DNA of 64,000 nt from an uncultured virus (IMG/VR IMGVR_UViG_3300038427_000461) (IMGVR_UViG_3300038427_000461); one strand, 5' to 3'. Positions 46,867 through 58,028 are shown, counted from the stretch's first letter. The notes: generated from the letters alone by a model not told the origin. Numbers and translations are program-made.

Positions 46867-47848
46867 TCGCCGCCACCTGCTGCCGCTGCGAGCGCGAGCT
46901 GGACAAGAAGGGCGGGGTCCTCCTGCGGGCCCCCGAGGGGGCGGAGAGGCGGGTCGACGGCCTGCTCGGCGACGACGTGGTCAAGCACCACCTCTGCGCC
47001 GCGTGCATGGCCGGGATCCTGGAGTGGCTGAAGGTGAACCCGAACGACGTTCCCGCTCCCGCGCCGGCTACGTCTGAGAAGTGCGCCACCTGCAACGGTT
47101 CAGGGTCCGTCACCGTCGGCAACGAGCGGACGACGCACACGCAGCCGTGCCCGACCTGCACGAACCCGTTCGTGGTCCCCTCTATCCCATCGACGAAAGA
47201 CGGTGACTGGGCCACGGTCGAGGCTGCGCGCGCTCTCGCGGAGGTCGTCAGTCACCTAGAGCCACCACCGCTCACACCCATCAAAGTGCAGCTCGTCGTC
47301 ATCGACGCGATTGCCGCTCAGTTCCGGACGGCGTTCGAGCGCGGGTGCGCACAACCAACGACCAGAGATGCAGCGAATCGGGGTCGCCTCACCAAGATCG
47401 CAGACCTCGCCTGGCGGCTGCGACTTTGGGCCGAAGAGAGTATGCGCGCACGCGCGAACCTCGGACCCGAAGAGCGCGAGAGTGCGGCGGCAGAACTGGG
47501 TAAGGCGGGCGCATACGGTGAGGCAGCCAACGAGGTTGAAGACGTCGGCCGCCTGTGCTGGGCCGACTTCCGACCCAAGACCACCGGTCACCAAGAGAAT
47601 CCCCCGGCGCCGCCGACTCCCGCTGGCCACACCACGACCCACGTCCTCTTCGAGGGCCACCCGCTCTGCGGCTTCATGGCGGGGACGCTCCCGAGCGGCT
47701 GGCCGGACGGGCACAACTGGGTGTCGATCGTCGAAGTCGTCGAGCACGAACCCGGCGTCCTCTCCATCCCCACAAACGAGACCTGCAGGCCGTGCGTCCG
47801 GTGCGTCAGCCTCGCCTCGGCGTCCACCCTCAGCCGGAGCCACGCCTG

Positions 47849-48307
47849 ATGGCGATCGACCGGGACCTCGCCGCCCTCTCGGCCGCCGACCGCAACATCG
47901 TGACGCGGTTGACCGAGGAGTTCTCCGACGAGGAGCGGGCCGCCCTCTTCCTGGACAGCCAGCGTCGCTGGGTAGTAGAGACGGTCGCGGGAAGGGGGAG
48001 CGTCCTCGGGCCGCTCGAACCCGGGCACGTGATGGCGAAGAAGTGGACCTTCACGGCCAAGCGATGGGAGCCGATCTCATTTCTCTTCCGCGTCGTGGCG
48101 CTCGAGGGGTGCGGCGAGGTGATCGTGTCGAGCGTGTACGCGACCCACGAGGGGCGAGGCTATTTCCGGGACCTCATCACGGGGATCGAACGGACGGGCC
48201 TGCGCGTCGTCGTCCCGAGCCCGCTCGCGCACATGACGGACATCCTCGTCCACTACGGGTTCGAGTTCACCGAGGAGCACGGAGTCGACGTGTGGAGGCG
48301 ACCGTGA
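47849..48307 (+). CDS. Possible GNAT-like protein
   Basis: IVSSVYA..EGRGYF..L motif-A-like stretch and terminal HYGF. Confidence 0.35.
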   Translation: MAIDRDLAALSAADRNIVTRLTEEFSDEERAALFLDSQRRWVVETVAGRGSVLGPLEPGHVMAKKWTFTAKRWEPISFLFRVVALEGCGEVIVSSVYATHEGRGYFRDLITGIERTGLRVVVPSPLAHMTDILVHYGFEFTEEHGVDVWRRP

Positions 48308-48539
48308 GGCGCCGCGCCAGCCTGGAAGAACGCATCGCCTGGGACCAGTACGCGGCCGCCTGGAGTGTCACACGCGGCTCGCACCCGAAAGATGGCGAGG
48401 ACGATTCCGCGACGGCCGCCGCGTACGCCGACGACATGCTGAAGGAGCGCAGGAAGCGCTTCGGCAACCAGGGACCCAGGCGAGCGAGGAAACGCAAGCG
48501 CGACCTCGCGAGGCTCAATTCGTGAAGGAGAGAACGACC

Positions 48540-48749
48540 ATGAACAAGGAATTTGAAGTCCACATGCTCAACGCGGACGGCAAGTCGAGGGCGGCGACGA
48601 TCGCCAACATCTTCGACACCTGCCTTTCGACCCTGTTGAACATCCTCCCCGAGCCATCCCGAGAGATGTCCCTGGTCAGGACCAAGCTCGAAGAGGCGTG
48701 CTTCTTCGCCAAGAAGGCGATGGCAAACAAGCCCGAGAACACCGCGTAA
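48540..48749 (+). CDS. Acb2/Tad1-like helical hairpin protein (candidate immune-signal sponge)
   Basis: SREMSLVRTKLEEACFFAKKAMA matches the RE.SLA.TKLEEA..W hairpin pattern. Confidence 0.6.
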   Translation: MNKEFEVHMLNADGKSRAATIANIFDTCLSTLLNILPEPSREMSLVRTKLEEACFFAKKAMANKPENTA

Positions 48750-50261
48750 GGAAGGACGCCATGAAAGTCATCCAGGACGCGAGCAAGGTGCCGTGGTGTC
48801 ATAGGTCGAACTGCAAGTCCTGCGGCTCCACGCTGGAAGTTGAGAAGGACGACCTGACGTTCGTTCCGGACTCGCGCGATGGTGACGCGTTCACGTTCGA
48901 GTGCCCGATCTGCTGGACCAAGAACTGGATCAGCGCGAGCTTGGTGCCCAAGAGTGCGCAGAAATTAGAGAGACCATGAGTAATAAGGATCGAGCCGTGC
49001 AGCGCAATAATGGCTGGCGCCAGGCCATGCCCGACATGCGCGAGCGCGCCGAAACGCTGATCGCGGCGCTCGACGCGAAGGGCGCTTCGCAGGACGGCGA
49101 CGTCGTGAGGCGCCTCCTCCACCTGCTCGACTCGCGCGACTCGAACCTGTCGGGCGAGGAGCGCGCCGCCTGGGACGAGTACATGGCCGCCGAGCTGGGG
49201 CGGAACGGCGTGCCGGACCAAAGTGCAGCCGTCGCGGACGCGGCTCTGGAGCTTCGTCGAAAACGATTCCAGCGATGAAGATCGACCCCCTCACCCCCGT
49301 CCAGATCGCGCTCCTGGCGATGGCCCACGAAGCGTTCGAGCGCGGCCCGAGCGAGTCGGTGGCGGTGTGGGGCTCCTGGGAGAGGGCCGCGCGCGCACTC
49401 GCAGAGCAGTCGCTGCTCTCCTGGCTCGGGACCGCGCGCGGGACCCGCGCGATGGAGTACACGACGCTGCACGGCCGGCACCGGCGCGGCAAGAAGGGGC
49501 GCCTCGTGCACCTCTACCGGCTGGCGGGCCACCAGCAGCTCGCGGCGCGCTGCGCGTGGGCCGTCGCGCACAAGCCGGCGGGCCGGAGCCACGTCACCTG
49601 GAAGGACGTCCCGGCCGAGGTCCCGCGCTCCGCGTGGCCGGACGGGCGCCGCTGCAGCGCGTGCGGCTGCACGCCGGGCAAGCCGTGCGCCGTCGACCTC
49701 CCCGGGGGCTGCGGGGAGGCGAGCTGCGTGCCGGCCGGCACGTACGGGCTCGATCGGTGCTCGGCGTGCCAGCTCCGGAGGGCCGCGTGAAGCTGAAGCA
49801 GGTCCTCCGCAGGGCGCGGCTGGAGCTGCGCCGGGATCGCGCGGCCGCCATGCGGTGCCCCGGCTGCGCGAAGCGCAACGTGATCGTCGTGGACGATCGC
49901 GGGAAAGCTCGATGCGCGAACTGCGGGCACGAGCCCGCCATCGACCTGCTCAAGTGAGTGGACCCATGACCGAACCGCTGACCTGCCGCGCGAACCGGCA
50001 CCCGCAACCGAGCACCAAGCAGAGCGTGGGCACCTGGCTCTTCGACACGCTCCAGCACCTGATCAGCTACGAGCCCTGCGGCGAGCCCGCGACGCACACG
50101 AGCTACGACGGCTTCAAGCCACTCTGCGACGCGCACGCCGCGGAGCTGCGCGCGGCGCTCCGTAGTCCGAACACGCTCGGCAACGTCATCTTCGGCCGAC
50201 CACGGACCGAGGAGGAGATCGCCCTCATGGTGCGGCCCACCAGGAAGAGAGGGCCGGCGCC

Positions 50262-50999
50262 GTGAGTGATCCCATCGAGAAGTCCGAGTTGCCGCCCGAG
50301 TTCCGGGTCGAGATCCGCGTCCGGAACAACCGCATCATCCGCGCGCGCGAGCGACTCGGGCACAAGTCCGCCAAGGCGGCGGCCGCCGCGCTCGGTCTCC
50401 AGTACGGGCATTTCTGCAGCTACGAAGCGATGACCGAGACGCCGCTGAAGAAGGACGGCATCGAGTGGAAGGAGTCCGCGCTCCAGATCGCCGACGCGCT
50501 CTTCGCGGCGCCGGAAGACCTCTGGCCAGAAGCGTCGCGGAAGATCGAGAAGGTCCGCGCCACGTTCGAGGCGACGAGCGAGCAGCTCCGCGAGTTCGCA
50601 GGCAACGCGGAGCGGCGCATCATCCTGGAAGAGGACAAGGCCGGCGTGCGGCGCGCCCTAGGCGCGATCGATCCCCGGCGGAGGAGAGCACTCCTCCAGC
50701 GCTTCGAGGACGACGCAGCCCTCGAAGAGATCGGCAAAAAGCTCGATGTGTCACGATCGCGAGCCGGCCAGATCGTCTCGGACGGTCTCTCGAACGTCCG
50801 AGAACAGATCAAAAAGCTGGATAGGGTGCCAGAGCCGCCGGCGCCGACGGGACCGCCGAAGCCGCTGAGGCAGGCGAGCTGCTGCGTGTGTGGCGGCCAC
50901 GAGCAGCTCAGTTCCAGCACGATCGGCGGAGTGTTCGAGTACGCCTGCCACGAGCACTACGGCGAGCTACTGCTGCGTCGGGAGAAGGAGTCCAAATGA
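50262..50999 (+). CDS. HTH plus sigma70 region-4-like transcription regulator
   Basis: AL..I.PR.R..L..RF....LEEIG..LDVSRSRA.QI...L..VR. Confidence 0.7.
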   Translation: MSDPIEKSELPPEFRVEIRVRNNRIIRARERLGHKSAKAAAAALGLQYGHFCSYEAMTETPLKKDGIEWKESALQIADALFAAPEDLWPEASRKIEKVRATFEATSEQLREFAGNAERRIILEEDKAGVRRALGAIDPRRRRALLQRFEDDAALEEIGKKLDVSRSRAGQIVSDGLSNVREQIKKLDRVPEPPAPTGPPKPLRQASCCVCGGHEQLSSSTIGGVFEYACHEHYGELLLRREKESK

Positions 51000-51045
51000 T
51001 CTACGACGAGATCCGCCCCAACCTATACGAAGTGGAGGCCGTACG

Positions 51046-51711
51046 ATGATCCGATTTGTGTGCTTCAAGGATCGCCTCGACTGCCTCGCGCTCTTCGCGC
51101 GCGACGGCGACCCACCGGTCTCCATCGCGCTCGAGCCGCCGTTCACGCGTGAGCGCATCCGCGAGGCGGCGCGCGCCGCGAACCTCGACGTGCGCATCGT
51201 CGAGACGGCCTACGTCGGGCGACTCAAGCCAGTCTTCGACCGTATGGCCGCCGACGAACGCGCCGAACGCAAGCAGCAGCAAGACCTGCGGACGGCCACG
51301 TTCGCTGCGGTGATGCGGACCTCGAACAATCCGATCGAGCGCTCGCGCGCGCAGCTCGTGCAAGAGAAGACGGACGTGGACAATGAGCTACGCAGCGTCA
51401 AGACGAAGATCGGAGAAGCCCGATCGAACGCATCTTCCCGCGGCGTCTACCTGCCACCGGCAGACTTCCGCAGACTGGAAAAACGGTTGGACGCACTCAA
51501 GAACCGATCCCTCGCCATCCAAGCTGAACTCGGTCAGTTACGCGCCCAGCGCAGGCAGGAGAACGTCGCCGCCAACGCCAGCTCCGATCGACTGTTCCGG
51601 GAGGTCGCCCACGAGTGCCTGTCCCCGGAGCAGTTCATGCAGATCGTGCACGAGGCCGACCGGAGATCGGGGGCGGCCAGCGCGTCGACCGAGGACGCGA
51701 CCAGTGGCTAG
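51046..51711 (+). CDS. Coiled-coil hypothetical protein
   Basis: GGAGG RBS; long heptad helix. Confidence 0.5.
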   Translation: MIRFVCFKDRLDCLALFARDGDPPVSIALEPPFTRERIREAARAANLDVRIVETAYVGRLKPVFDRMAADERAERKQQQDLRTATFAAVMRTSNNPIERSRAQLVQEKTDVDNELRSVKTKIGEARSNASSRGVYLPPADFRRLEKRLDALKNRSLAIQAELGQLRAQRRQENVAANASSDRLFREVAHECLSPEQFMQIVHEADRRSGAASASTEDATSG

Positions 51712-51890
51712 CCTCATCGACGGCCTCACCAAGTGCGAGCGGGCGTGCCTGCTCGCGATGGAGTTCGCGAAGGGTGCGGTGCGCGTCGACCAGTTGATGA
51801 GACTCACCGGCTACGACCAGCCCGAAGTCGAGGCGGCGATCGAGTCTCTCGTGCAGAAGAAACTATTGCTCCGACCACAAGGAACCGGCC

Positions 51891-52325
51891 ATGCCTGAAC
51901 CGACCATCCGCCTCGGAAATTGGAAACACTACAAGGGTGGGGTCTACGCGGTGCTGGGTCTCGTCTACCACCACGAGACGCGCGCGCCGTACGTGCACTA
52001 CATCAGCCACGCGACCGGCGAGCCGTCGATGCGCCCGCTCAAGCCCGTGCTCGGCGACCCGGACGCGTGGGACGACTGGGTGGAGTACGAGGGGAAGCGG
52101 GTGCGGCGGTTCGCTTTCCTGGGACCGGGAACGAGTCACGTCACACCGACACCCGGCGAGCCCTTGTGCCTGTGCGGCCATCCGCAGGCGCATCACACGA
52201 CCGCCGCCGAGATCAGTGCCGATCATCCCTTTGGCAAGCTGGGCCCTGTCTGCACTGGTGTCGTCCGTAGTGGGCCTCGATCTCTCGCCTGCTCGTGCCA
52301 GGCGTTCGAGGCGCGACCCACGTGA
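51891..52325 (+). CDS. DUF1653 domain protein with C-terminal Cys/His cluster
   Basis: G.WKHYKGG.Y.V.....H.ET....V.Y......RP. Confidence 0.75.
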   Translation: MPEPTIRLGNWKHYKGGVYAVLGLVYHHETRAPYVHYISHATGEPSMRPLKPVLGDPDAWDDWVEYEGKRVRRFAFLGPGTSHVTPTPGEPLCLCGHPQAHHTTAAEISADHPFGKLGPVCTGVVRSGPRSLACSCQAFEARPT

Positions 52326-52956
52326 CCGACCAGCTCTCCCTCTCCCCCGGCGGACCGCCGCCTCCGTCCGACCTCCCCGCCGTCGTCGCCGACATCCTGC
52401 ACACCGCTCGGGCGGCGGTGTTCTCCGCCCGCATCGTGCGCGGCTGCTGGGGCGTGGGCCTCGGTCCGAAGCGCCGGTGGGTGCTCACGGGCGACTGCTG
52501 CTGCGCGCTCGGCGCCGCGCTCGTCGCCCAGGGAGCCGTCGCCGAACCGCACGAGCAGTCCCCGCGCGCGACCGCGATGCGCCTCTTCGGGCTCACGGGC
52601 GACCAGCTCGACTCGTTCCTCCACGGGTTCGACGACCACTGGTGGTTAGAGGACGAGTCGGCGTGGTACGGGTACGGGGAGCGGGTGGCGAAGGAACTGC
52701 TATGACCGACCGACTCCGCAACCGGATGGTGGAGGGGGTCGAGGTCGCCCCCGCGGGCTGCATCGTCTGCCACAAGCCCAAGCCGGACACCGCGAACGAA
52801 CCGGGGTGGACGTACCTCGCGAACTCCGTCCCCGTCGGCACGATCACGTGCTCGGAGCGGTGCCTGAAGACGGCGATCAAGCGCTGGAAGCGTTGCGGCC
52901 GGACCGACACGCCCGCGATGCGGGCGCTGGAGGTCCAGTGACGAAGGAGGCAGTCG

Positions 52957-53769
52957 ATGGATAAAGGACACGCGAAGATTGGGCAGACCCTCAAGACGGC
53001 GATGGAGACTCCGCGAGGGAAGCTCCCGCTCCGCCGCCACCACGATGACGACTACTGGGACTGCATCACGGTCCAAGCCAGGGACGTGTCGCTGCGGGCG
53101 ACCATCGTCCCCCGGTACAAGACGAGCGGCCTCTCCGGCGACGAGTGGCGGATCTCGGCTCGGCTCCAGGTCTTCGCCGGTCAAGCCGGCCAAGCCCTGG
53201 TGCTGGAGCGGACGTTCCACCGGATGCGCAGGCTCACCGAGCACGCCCCCATCTTCTTGTGGCGCGAGGCGCGGACCCTGCTCGGCGTGCCGGACGCGAC
53301 CCTCGTGGCCACGCGCAAGGGCGTCGTCCTCACCACCCGCGCGTTCCCGACGTTCGGGGAAGCTGCGCTCGGCATGGGCTGGCACATCGTCACCGCGAAC
53401 GAGGGCGAGGATGGCGTCGAGTGGCACCACCTGTCGGACGAGGAGGAGCGCGCGCACTGCCAGCAGGTCGGGTGCTCGGACCCGCCGGTCAACGTCTACC
53501 ACCTGAAGAAGCTCCTCTACGGCGACCACCCGCCCGACACGTTCTACGCCCCGAAGTACGACTTCGAGGGGCAGTACGTCTGGTACTGCGCCAGGCACAC
53601 GACCCGCGGCGACTGCGGCTTCGAGGACGCCGACAAGAACCTGGAGCTGGTCCAGGGCAGCGGCGTCGCCAGGCAGCACGCCGCCGACGAGTCGCCGTCG
53701 GCCTTCGGCGGGACCATTGAAGTGACGCTACCACCGAAGGAGCCACCGAAGGAGCGATCCCATGAGTGA
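52957..53769 (+). CDS. Hypothetical protein
   Basis: AAGGAGG RBS; 270 aa with Cys cluster. Confidence 0.6.
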   Translation: MDKGHAKIGQTLKTAMETPRGKLPLRRHHDDDYWDCITVQARDVSLRATIVPRYKTSGLSGDEWRISARLQVFAGQAGQALVLERTFHRMRRLTEHAPIFLWREARTLLGVPDATLVATRKGVVLTTRAFPTFGEAALGMGWHIVTANEGEDGVEWHHLSDEEERAHCQQVGCSDPPVNVYHLKKLLYGDHPPDTFYAPKYDFEGQYVWYCARHTTRGDCGFEDADKNLELVQGSGVARQHAADESPSAFGGTIEVTLPPKEPPKERSHE

Positions 53770-54663
53770 CCAAACCGAAGTAGACACGTTCGTGAACGCC
53801 CTCTCCGCCGAGCAGCGGCGGATCGACGCCGACCGCGAGGCGATGGCCGACGAGATCCTCGCCGGCCAGCACGTCACCTCGCTCGACGAGGCGCTGCGGT
53901 TCGCGCGGAGCTGGATCGTCACGGCCGCCCAGTACGCCGCGAACGCGGACTACTACCGGGACGAGAGGGACAAGCTCCTGCGCGTCCTCGAGACCGCGAA
54001 CAACCAGCTCTTCGACTCCACCGTGGACGACGTCGAGCACCAGATCGACAGCCACGCAGACACGTTGCCGCAAGCGTTCCGGCGTGTCGCGGCCGGGCAC
54101 GCGGCCGCCCTCGAGACGCTCCAGGCGGTCATCCACGAGCGGCTAGAGCCGTCGCCGCCGACCCTACGAGGCTCCCTCTCCGAGAACCTCGCCCACCACG
54201 AGGACTAAGCAGGTCCTTCATCCTCGTTCCTCAGCGCTCGCTGTGTGTTCCTCCGCGAGCGATTGCAGGTGACTCACCGCGTCCATCTTCGCGCCCACGT
54301 CCGCGCCCCGCATGACGGCGCCGGTGTCGAACACCGAGGACTCGAACGCGGACCAGATCCGTTCTGACTCCGTCATCGCTGCCTTGCTCTTGACCATATA
54401 TTGCCTCCCTCACGGCGTCGGTATCCAGCGACCACACCGCTCGCCGTCAATCCCTTCCCCGACGCAGCGCACGTACATCGGCCGGTGCGCCGAGCGCGGA
54501 ACGCGCGTGCTGGAGCCGCACGCCGGGCAGGTGCACGTCCAGCCGGTTCCCTGCGCGTCCACCCACCACACGTGCGGCTTGCCACCGCTCGGGTCAGGGA
54601 CGACGACCGCCGGTACCACCCGGCGCGACTCGGGGACCCCCTCGAAGAAGGTCCGGCGGCGTC

Positions 54664-55494
54664 TCAAGCTGCCCACGGCACGAGCCTCCCGTCTTTGAAA
54701 ACCGGTTTCGACTTCTTCGACCAGCACCGAGCCAATAGAGGCTCAACACGCGCCGGCACGTCAGGTAGAAACTCGTTTGCCCCGAGCACCATCAAACGAC
54801 CCAACTCGATGGCCTTGTCGTGGGCTCGCAAATCGTCGTCGACTTCGAGAATCAGCTCGTCGTGGATCATGTTGCAGCTTCTTGACCCGTAAAGCACACT
54901 CGCTGGCTCCGCGTAGCAGGCCCTCGCCACGAGGTACGCAGCGCGCTTCGCGGCATCCGCGCCCAATCCCTGGAAGTACGTGTTGCACGCTGCGGTGTAG
55001 TGACACCCGCCGCGCCAGCGCTTCGAGAACAACTGCTCGACGACCGCCTCGCCCGTGTCCTCGTTCACCAGCTCGCCGACGTGGTGGAAGAACAGCCGCA
55101 TCTCCGACCACCGCGTGAGCCACGCGTCCTTCAGTTCGCGCGCGCGGGCCTCGGTCAGGAGCACGCCGTAGGTCTTGCGCGCGAAGAGGCAGAGCTTCTC
55201 CGGGCCGAGGCCGCCCGGGAACCCGAAGTTCGCGACCTTCGCCGTCTGCCGTGCGTTGTCGACCGCCTCGTCCCCGGCCTTCTTCCTCTTCACGGCCTCG
55301 TCGTACGAGATGCCGAGGATGTCCGCCGCGAACGCCGTGTGCGGGTCGAGACCGGCGTTCAGCACCTCGGCGAGGTGCGACTGCCCGAAGAGCGTGACGC
55401 AGCACTGGGCCAGTGTGTGCAACTCGAGACCTGAGAAGTCCGCCTGCGCGAACACCTTGCCGGCACGTGGGACGAAGCACTCCCGGATACCCAT
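54664..55494 (-). CDS. polA: DNA polymerase family A, C-terminal polymerase fragment
   Basis: Motif A ADFSGLE, motif B RQTAKVANFG, FQG..AD, motif C IHDE. Confidence 0.93.
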   Translation of the reverse strand: MGIRECFVPRAGKVFAQADFSGLELHTLAQCCVTLFGQSHLAEVLNAGLDPHTAFAADILGISYDEAVKRKKAGDEAVDNARQTAKVANFGFPGGLGPEKLCLFARKTYGVLLTEARARELKDAWLTRWSEMRLFFHHVGELVNEDTGEAVVEQLFSKRWRGGCHYTAACNTYFQGLGADAAKRAAYLVARACYAEPASVLYGSRSCNMIHDELILEVDDDLRAHDKAIELGRLMVLGANEFLPDVPARVEPLLARCWSKKSKPVFKDGRLVPWAA

Positions 55495-56108
55495 TAGCCC
55501 ACCAGTCTCTTCAAGAATCGCTCTCGACGGATCTTCTCGAGCCCTTCTACCAACCGTTTCAGCTCTTCCAGACTGGAATTGCCCTTGATGTTGTTGGCGC
55601 GCCAGGAGATGACCCAGACGTTGCCCTTCACGTAACCGAACGAGGAATCGAGGCGATCGAGTGAAGGGGCGCTGTCGGCCTGAACGCCAGGCTTACGTTC
55701 CAGCACAATACCTAGCAACGGGCACGTCTCAGGAATGAAGATGTCCGACAGTTCTAGGTTGAAGTCCAAACCGAGTTTCTTGGCACGTTGCTTGGCACGA
55801 CCTAGCATTCCGCGTTCGACATTCGCGGCGCACCACTCCCGATCCTTGTTTCGAGCGCGTTCAAGATTTCGCTCGCGCCAAGCTCTCTGCGACTGTCGCG
55901 TCAATTCGCGCACACGAGGGGTCTTCTTGTACGCCTGTATCTTCTCCTTGTTGACTTCGCGATGCCGATTGACCTGCTCTTTGAAACGCTCTGGATCGGC
56001 AGCGTACCGCTGCCGTGCTCGTTCCCTAGTGCACACTACGCACCTACTTTGCCTGCTGTCGTAGCGCTCAAAAGAGCCGCAGACCTTGCACGGTTTATCT
56101 GAAATCAT
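55494..56108 (-). CDS. HNH-type homing endonuclease inserted in polA, low GC
   Basis: AKQRAKK.GL.FNL, CPLLG, PSLDR.DS..GY.KGNV..IS..AN..K. Confidence 0.88.
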   Translation of the reverse strand: MISDKPCKVCGSFERYDSRQSRCVVCTRERARQRYAADPERFKEQVNRHREVNKEKIQAYKKTPRVRELTRQSQRAWRERNLERARNKDREWCAANVERGMLGRAKQRAKKLGLDFNLELSDIFIPETCPLLGIVLERKPGVQADSAPSLDRLDSSFGYVKGNVWVISWRANNIKGNSSLEELKRLVEGLEKIRRERFLKRLVG

Positions 56109-57208
56109 CTGCGCCTGAAGTTCTGAACGTTCGGTTTGCTCGACGTGCTCCGGCCCGAAGCCGCCATCCCAAACGACGTATGCACAGGATACACGGTACC
56201 CGCACGCAGTATAGGGATGTCCTTGGCCAGAACCGCCTTTAGGGCCGCAAGCTCGGCGTAGTCCTCGAGCAGGTCGTACTCAGACGCCTCGCACGCGTCC
56301 GAGTCGAGCGACACCTGCCCCTTGGCCGTGAGCCGCACCGGCTTGCCGAGCTGCTCGCAGACCTGCACCATGAGCGCCCGCGCCGCCTTCACGTTGCGCG
56401 ACCCGTCCTCGCGCACGAGCCCCGCGACTCTGAGGTCCCCCTCGATCTCCGCGAGCGCCTTGACGGTCTCGGCTTCGAGCTTGTTGACGCCCGGCTCGTG
56501 CGTCCGCAACCCCCACACGCTCGTCAGGTGCAGCGCCCACGCCGCCCGCGCCTGCCGGAACTGGTCCGGGATGTACTGCGCGTGCTCCTCCTGCTTGAGG
56601 AACACGTCGAGCGTCGCGCGGGCGTCCCCCAGGGGGTACGTGCGGGCCCCCTCCGGCCACTCGGCGACCGGCGTGTGGAGGAACTCCCCGTACCGCAGCC
56701 GCCACGTGTCCTTGTCGAGGCGCTGGCCGCTCGCGCGGTAGTACACGGCGTCGAGGTCGTAGTTGTACGGGACCCAGCGCGCGCTCTTCTTGACGGTCGC
56801 TGACCCGCACTTCTCGGGGTCGCAGTCCTCGTGGGCCTCGCACACCGCCTTGTCGAACTTGCGGAGGTAACCTCGAAATTCTCCCGCGGCGATGTCGAGC
56901 AATTGCTGTCTGATCTTCGTGCACGCGATCCGGTCCGCGTCGTACGCCTGGAAGACGAGTGGCGTGAGCTGCGGCCACTTCGCGCACAAGACGGCGAGGT
57001 CGTAGGCCACGTGGTGCCCGGCGAGCACCTCGGTGCCGGTGAGCCAGGACGTCACGAGCGGCAGCGCCGCGGGGTCGTCCGCGTGCACGATGCCCGGCTC
57101 CTCGCCCGGTGCCTGGTAGGTGACGCACACCAGCTCGGGCGCCATCACGCCCGGCCGGAAGAGGCACGTCTCGGTGTCGAGGACCCGGACGGTCATCGTA
57201 AAAACCAT
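56105..57208 (-). CDS. polA: DNA polymerase family A, N-terminal fragment (3'-5' exonuclease plus thumb)
   Basis: Exo I DTET, Exo II HHVAYD, Exo III Y...DA; ends SGRSTSSKPNVQN. Confidence 0.88.
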   Translation of the reverse strand: MVFTMTVRVLDTETCLFRPGVMAPELVCVTYQAPGEEPGIVHADDPAALPLVTSWLTGTEVLAGHHVAYDLAVLCAKWPQLTPLVFQAYDADRIACTKIRQQLLDIAAGEFRGYLRKFDKAVCEAHEDCDPEKCGSATVKKSARWVPYNYDLDAVYYRASGQRLDKDTWRLRYGEFLHTPVAEWPEGARTYPLGDARATLDVFLKQEEHAQYIPDQFRQARAAWALHLTSVWGLRTHEPGVNKLEAETVKALAEIEGDLRVAGLVREDGSRNVKAARALMVQVCEQLGKPVRLTAKGQVSLDSDACEASEYDLLEDYAELAALKAVLAKDIPILRAGTVYPVHTSFGMAASGRSTSSKPNVQNFRRR

Positions 57209-57669
57209 CTCGACAGAGCGGACTCCGCCGCCGCTCTGTCCGTGTTCATGTGCGGATGAATCTCCTCGTGGCAGTCACGGCACAAGAGTACGAGGTCGGA
57301 CAGAAGCTCGTCACCCATTCGTTCGTAGGTCTTGTGGTGAACGTGGTCGCCAGGCTGCTGTAGACATTCTTGACACATGCCGCGGTCTCTCTCCCTCACC
57401 CGACGGCAAAGTTCGCGCCACTTGTCGCTGCGCAGATGATTCTCGTAGCGACTGCGCCACTCGCGACTGCGCGTCTCCCAGTTGCGTCGCCGCGTCTCGA
57501 CTTCAGCCTCCACGTCAAATGGCGTGGCACGCTGCCCGTCTAAACACGACTTCTTCAACCACGTGCCGACCCGGAGGTGACACTCCCCGCACTGGTAAAT
57601 GTACATATGCTGCGCGGCAGCGTTGATCTTGAAACGTAAGACCTTGGACGGGTGAGCACAATCGATCAT
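57193..57669 (-). CDS. HNH endonuclease
   Basis: S.KW...R..V.ERD...CQ.C.....VHH.TY...G.E...DL..LC..CH. Confidence 0.88.
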   Translation of the reverse strand: MIDCAHPSKVLRFKINAAAQHMYIYQCGECHLRVGTWLKKSCLDGQRATPFDVEAEVETRRRNWETRSREWRSRYENHLRSDKWRELCRRVRERDRGMCQECLQQPGDHVHHKTYERMGDELLSDLVLLCRDCHEEIHPHMNTDRAAAESALSRWFLR

Positions 57670-58028
57670 CTCGCCCTCTTCGTGCTCCTCGCCAAGATCT
57701 CTCTGACCCGCTCTGCTGTCCACGGCCTCTCCACGACCCAGACGATGGCTTTGCGGTTGCGGCGCGTCGGGCGCCTCGCCCCCGAGTCGACGATGAGCTG
57801 CGGGAGTCGGGGGTTGCCGCCGTTGAGGTCCCAGAGGCGGGCGCTGATGGTCTCGTGGATGCGCCCGAACTCCACCTCGAGTTCGTCGCAGGTGCGGCCG
57901 TGCGCCCCCGCTTGCCGGATGCAGTGGTAGACCCGCATCCGGATGTCCGCGACGTCGGACACCGAGTCGGCGGCTCGGCGCGAGGTCTCCCGGCGCGCGA
58001 ACGGCACCCCCTCGTGCGAGATGGGCAC
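57666..58028 (-). CDS. Winged-HTH protein
   Basis: TS..AA, G.TCDEL.......TISARL.DL, I.DSG.RR. Confidence 0.7.
   Translation of the reverse strand: MPISHEGVPFARRETSRRAADSVSDVADIRMRVYHCIRQAGAHGRTCDELEVEFGRIHETISARLWDLNGGNPRLPQLIVDSGARRPTRRNRKAIVWVVERPWTAERVREILARSTKRAR

Noticed and set aside
55494..56108. Group I intron or intein in polA
   Set aside because: HNH ORF overlaps both polA fragments directly with start/stop overlaps, has its own stop, and lacks C/S…HN intein ends; an intron core overlapping the ORF cannot be fully excluded
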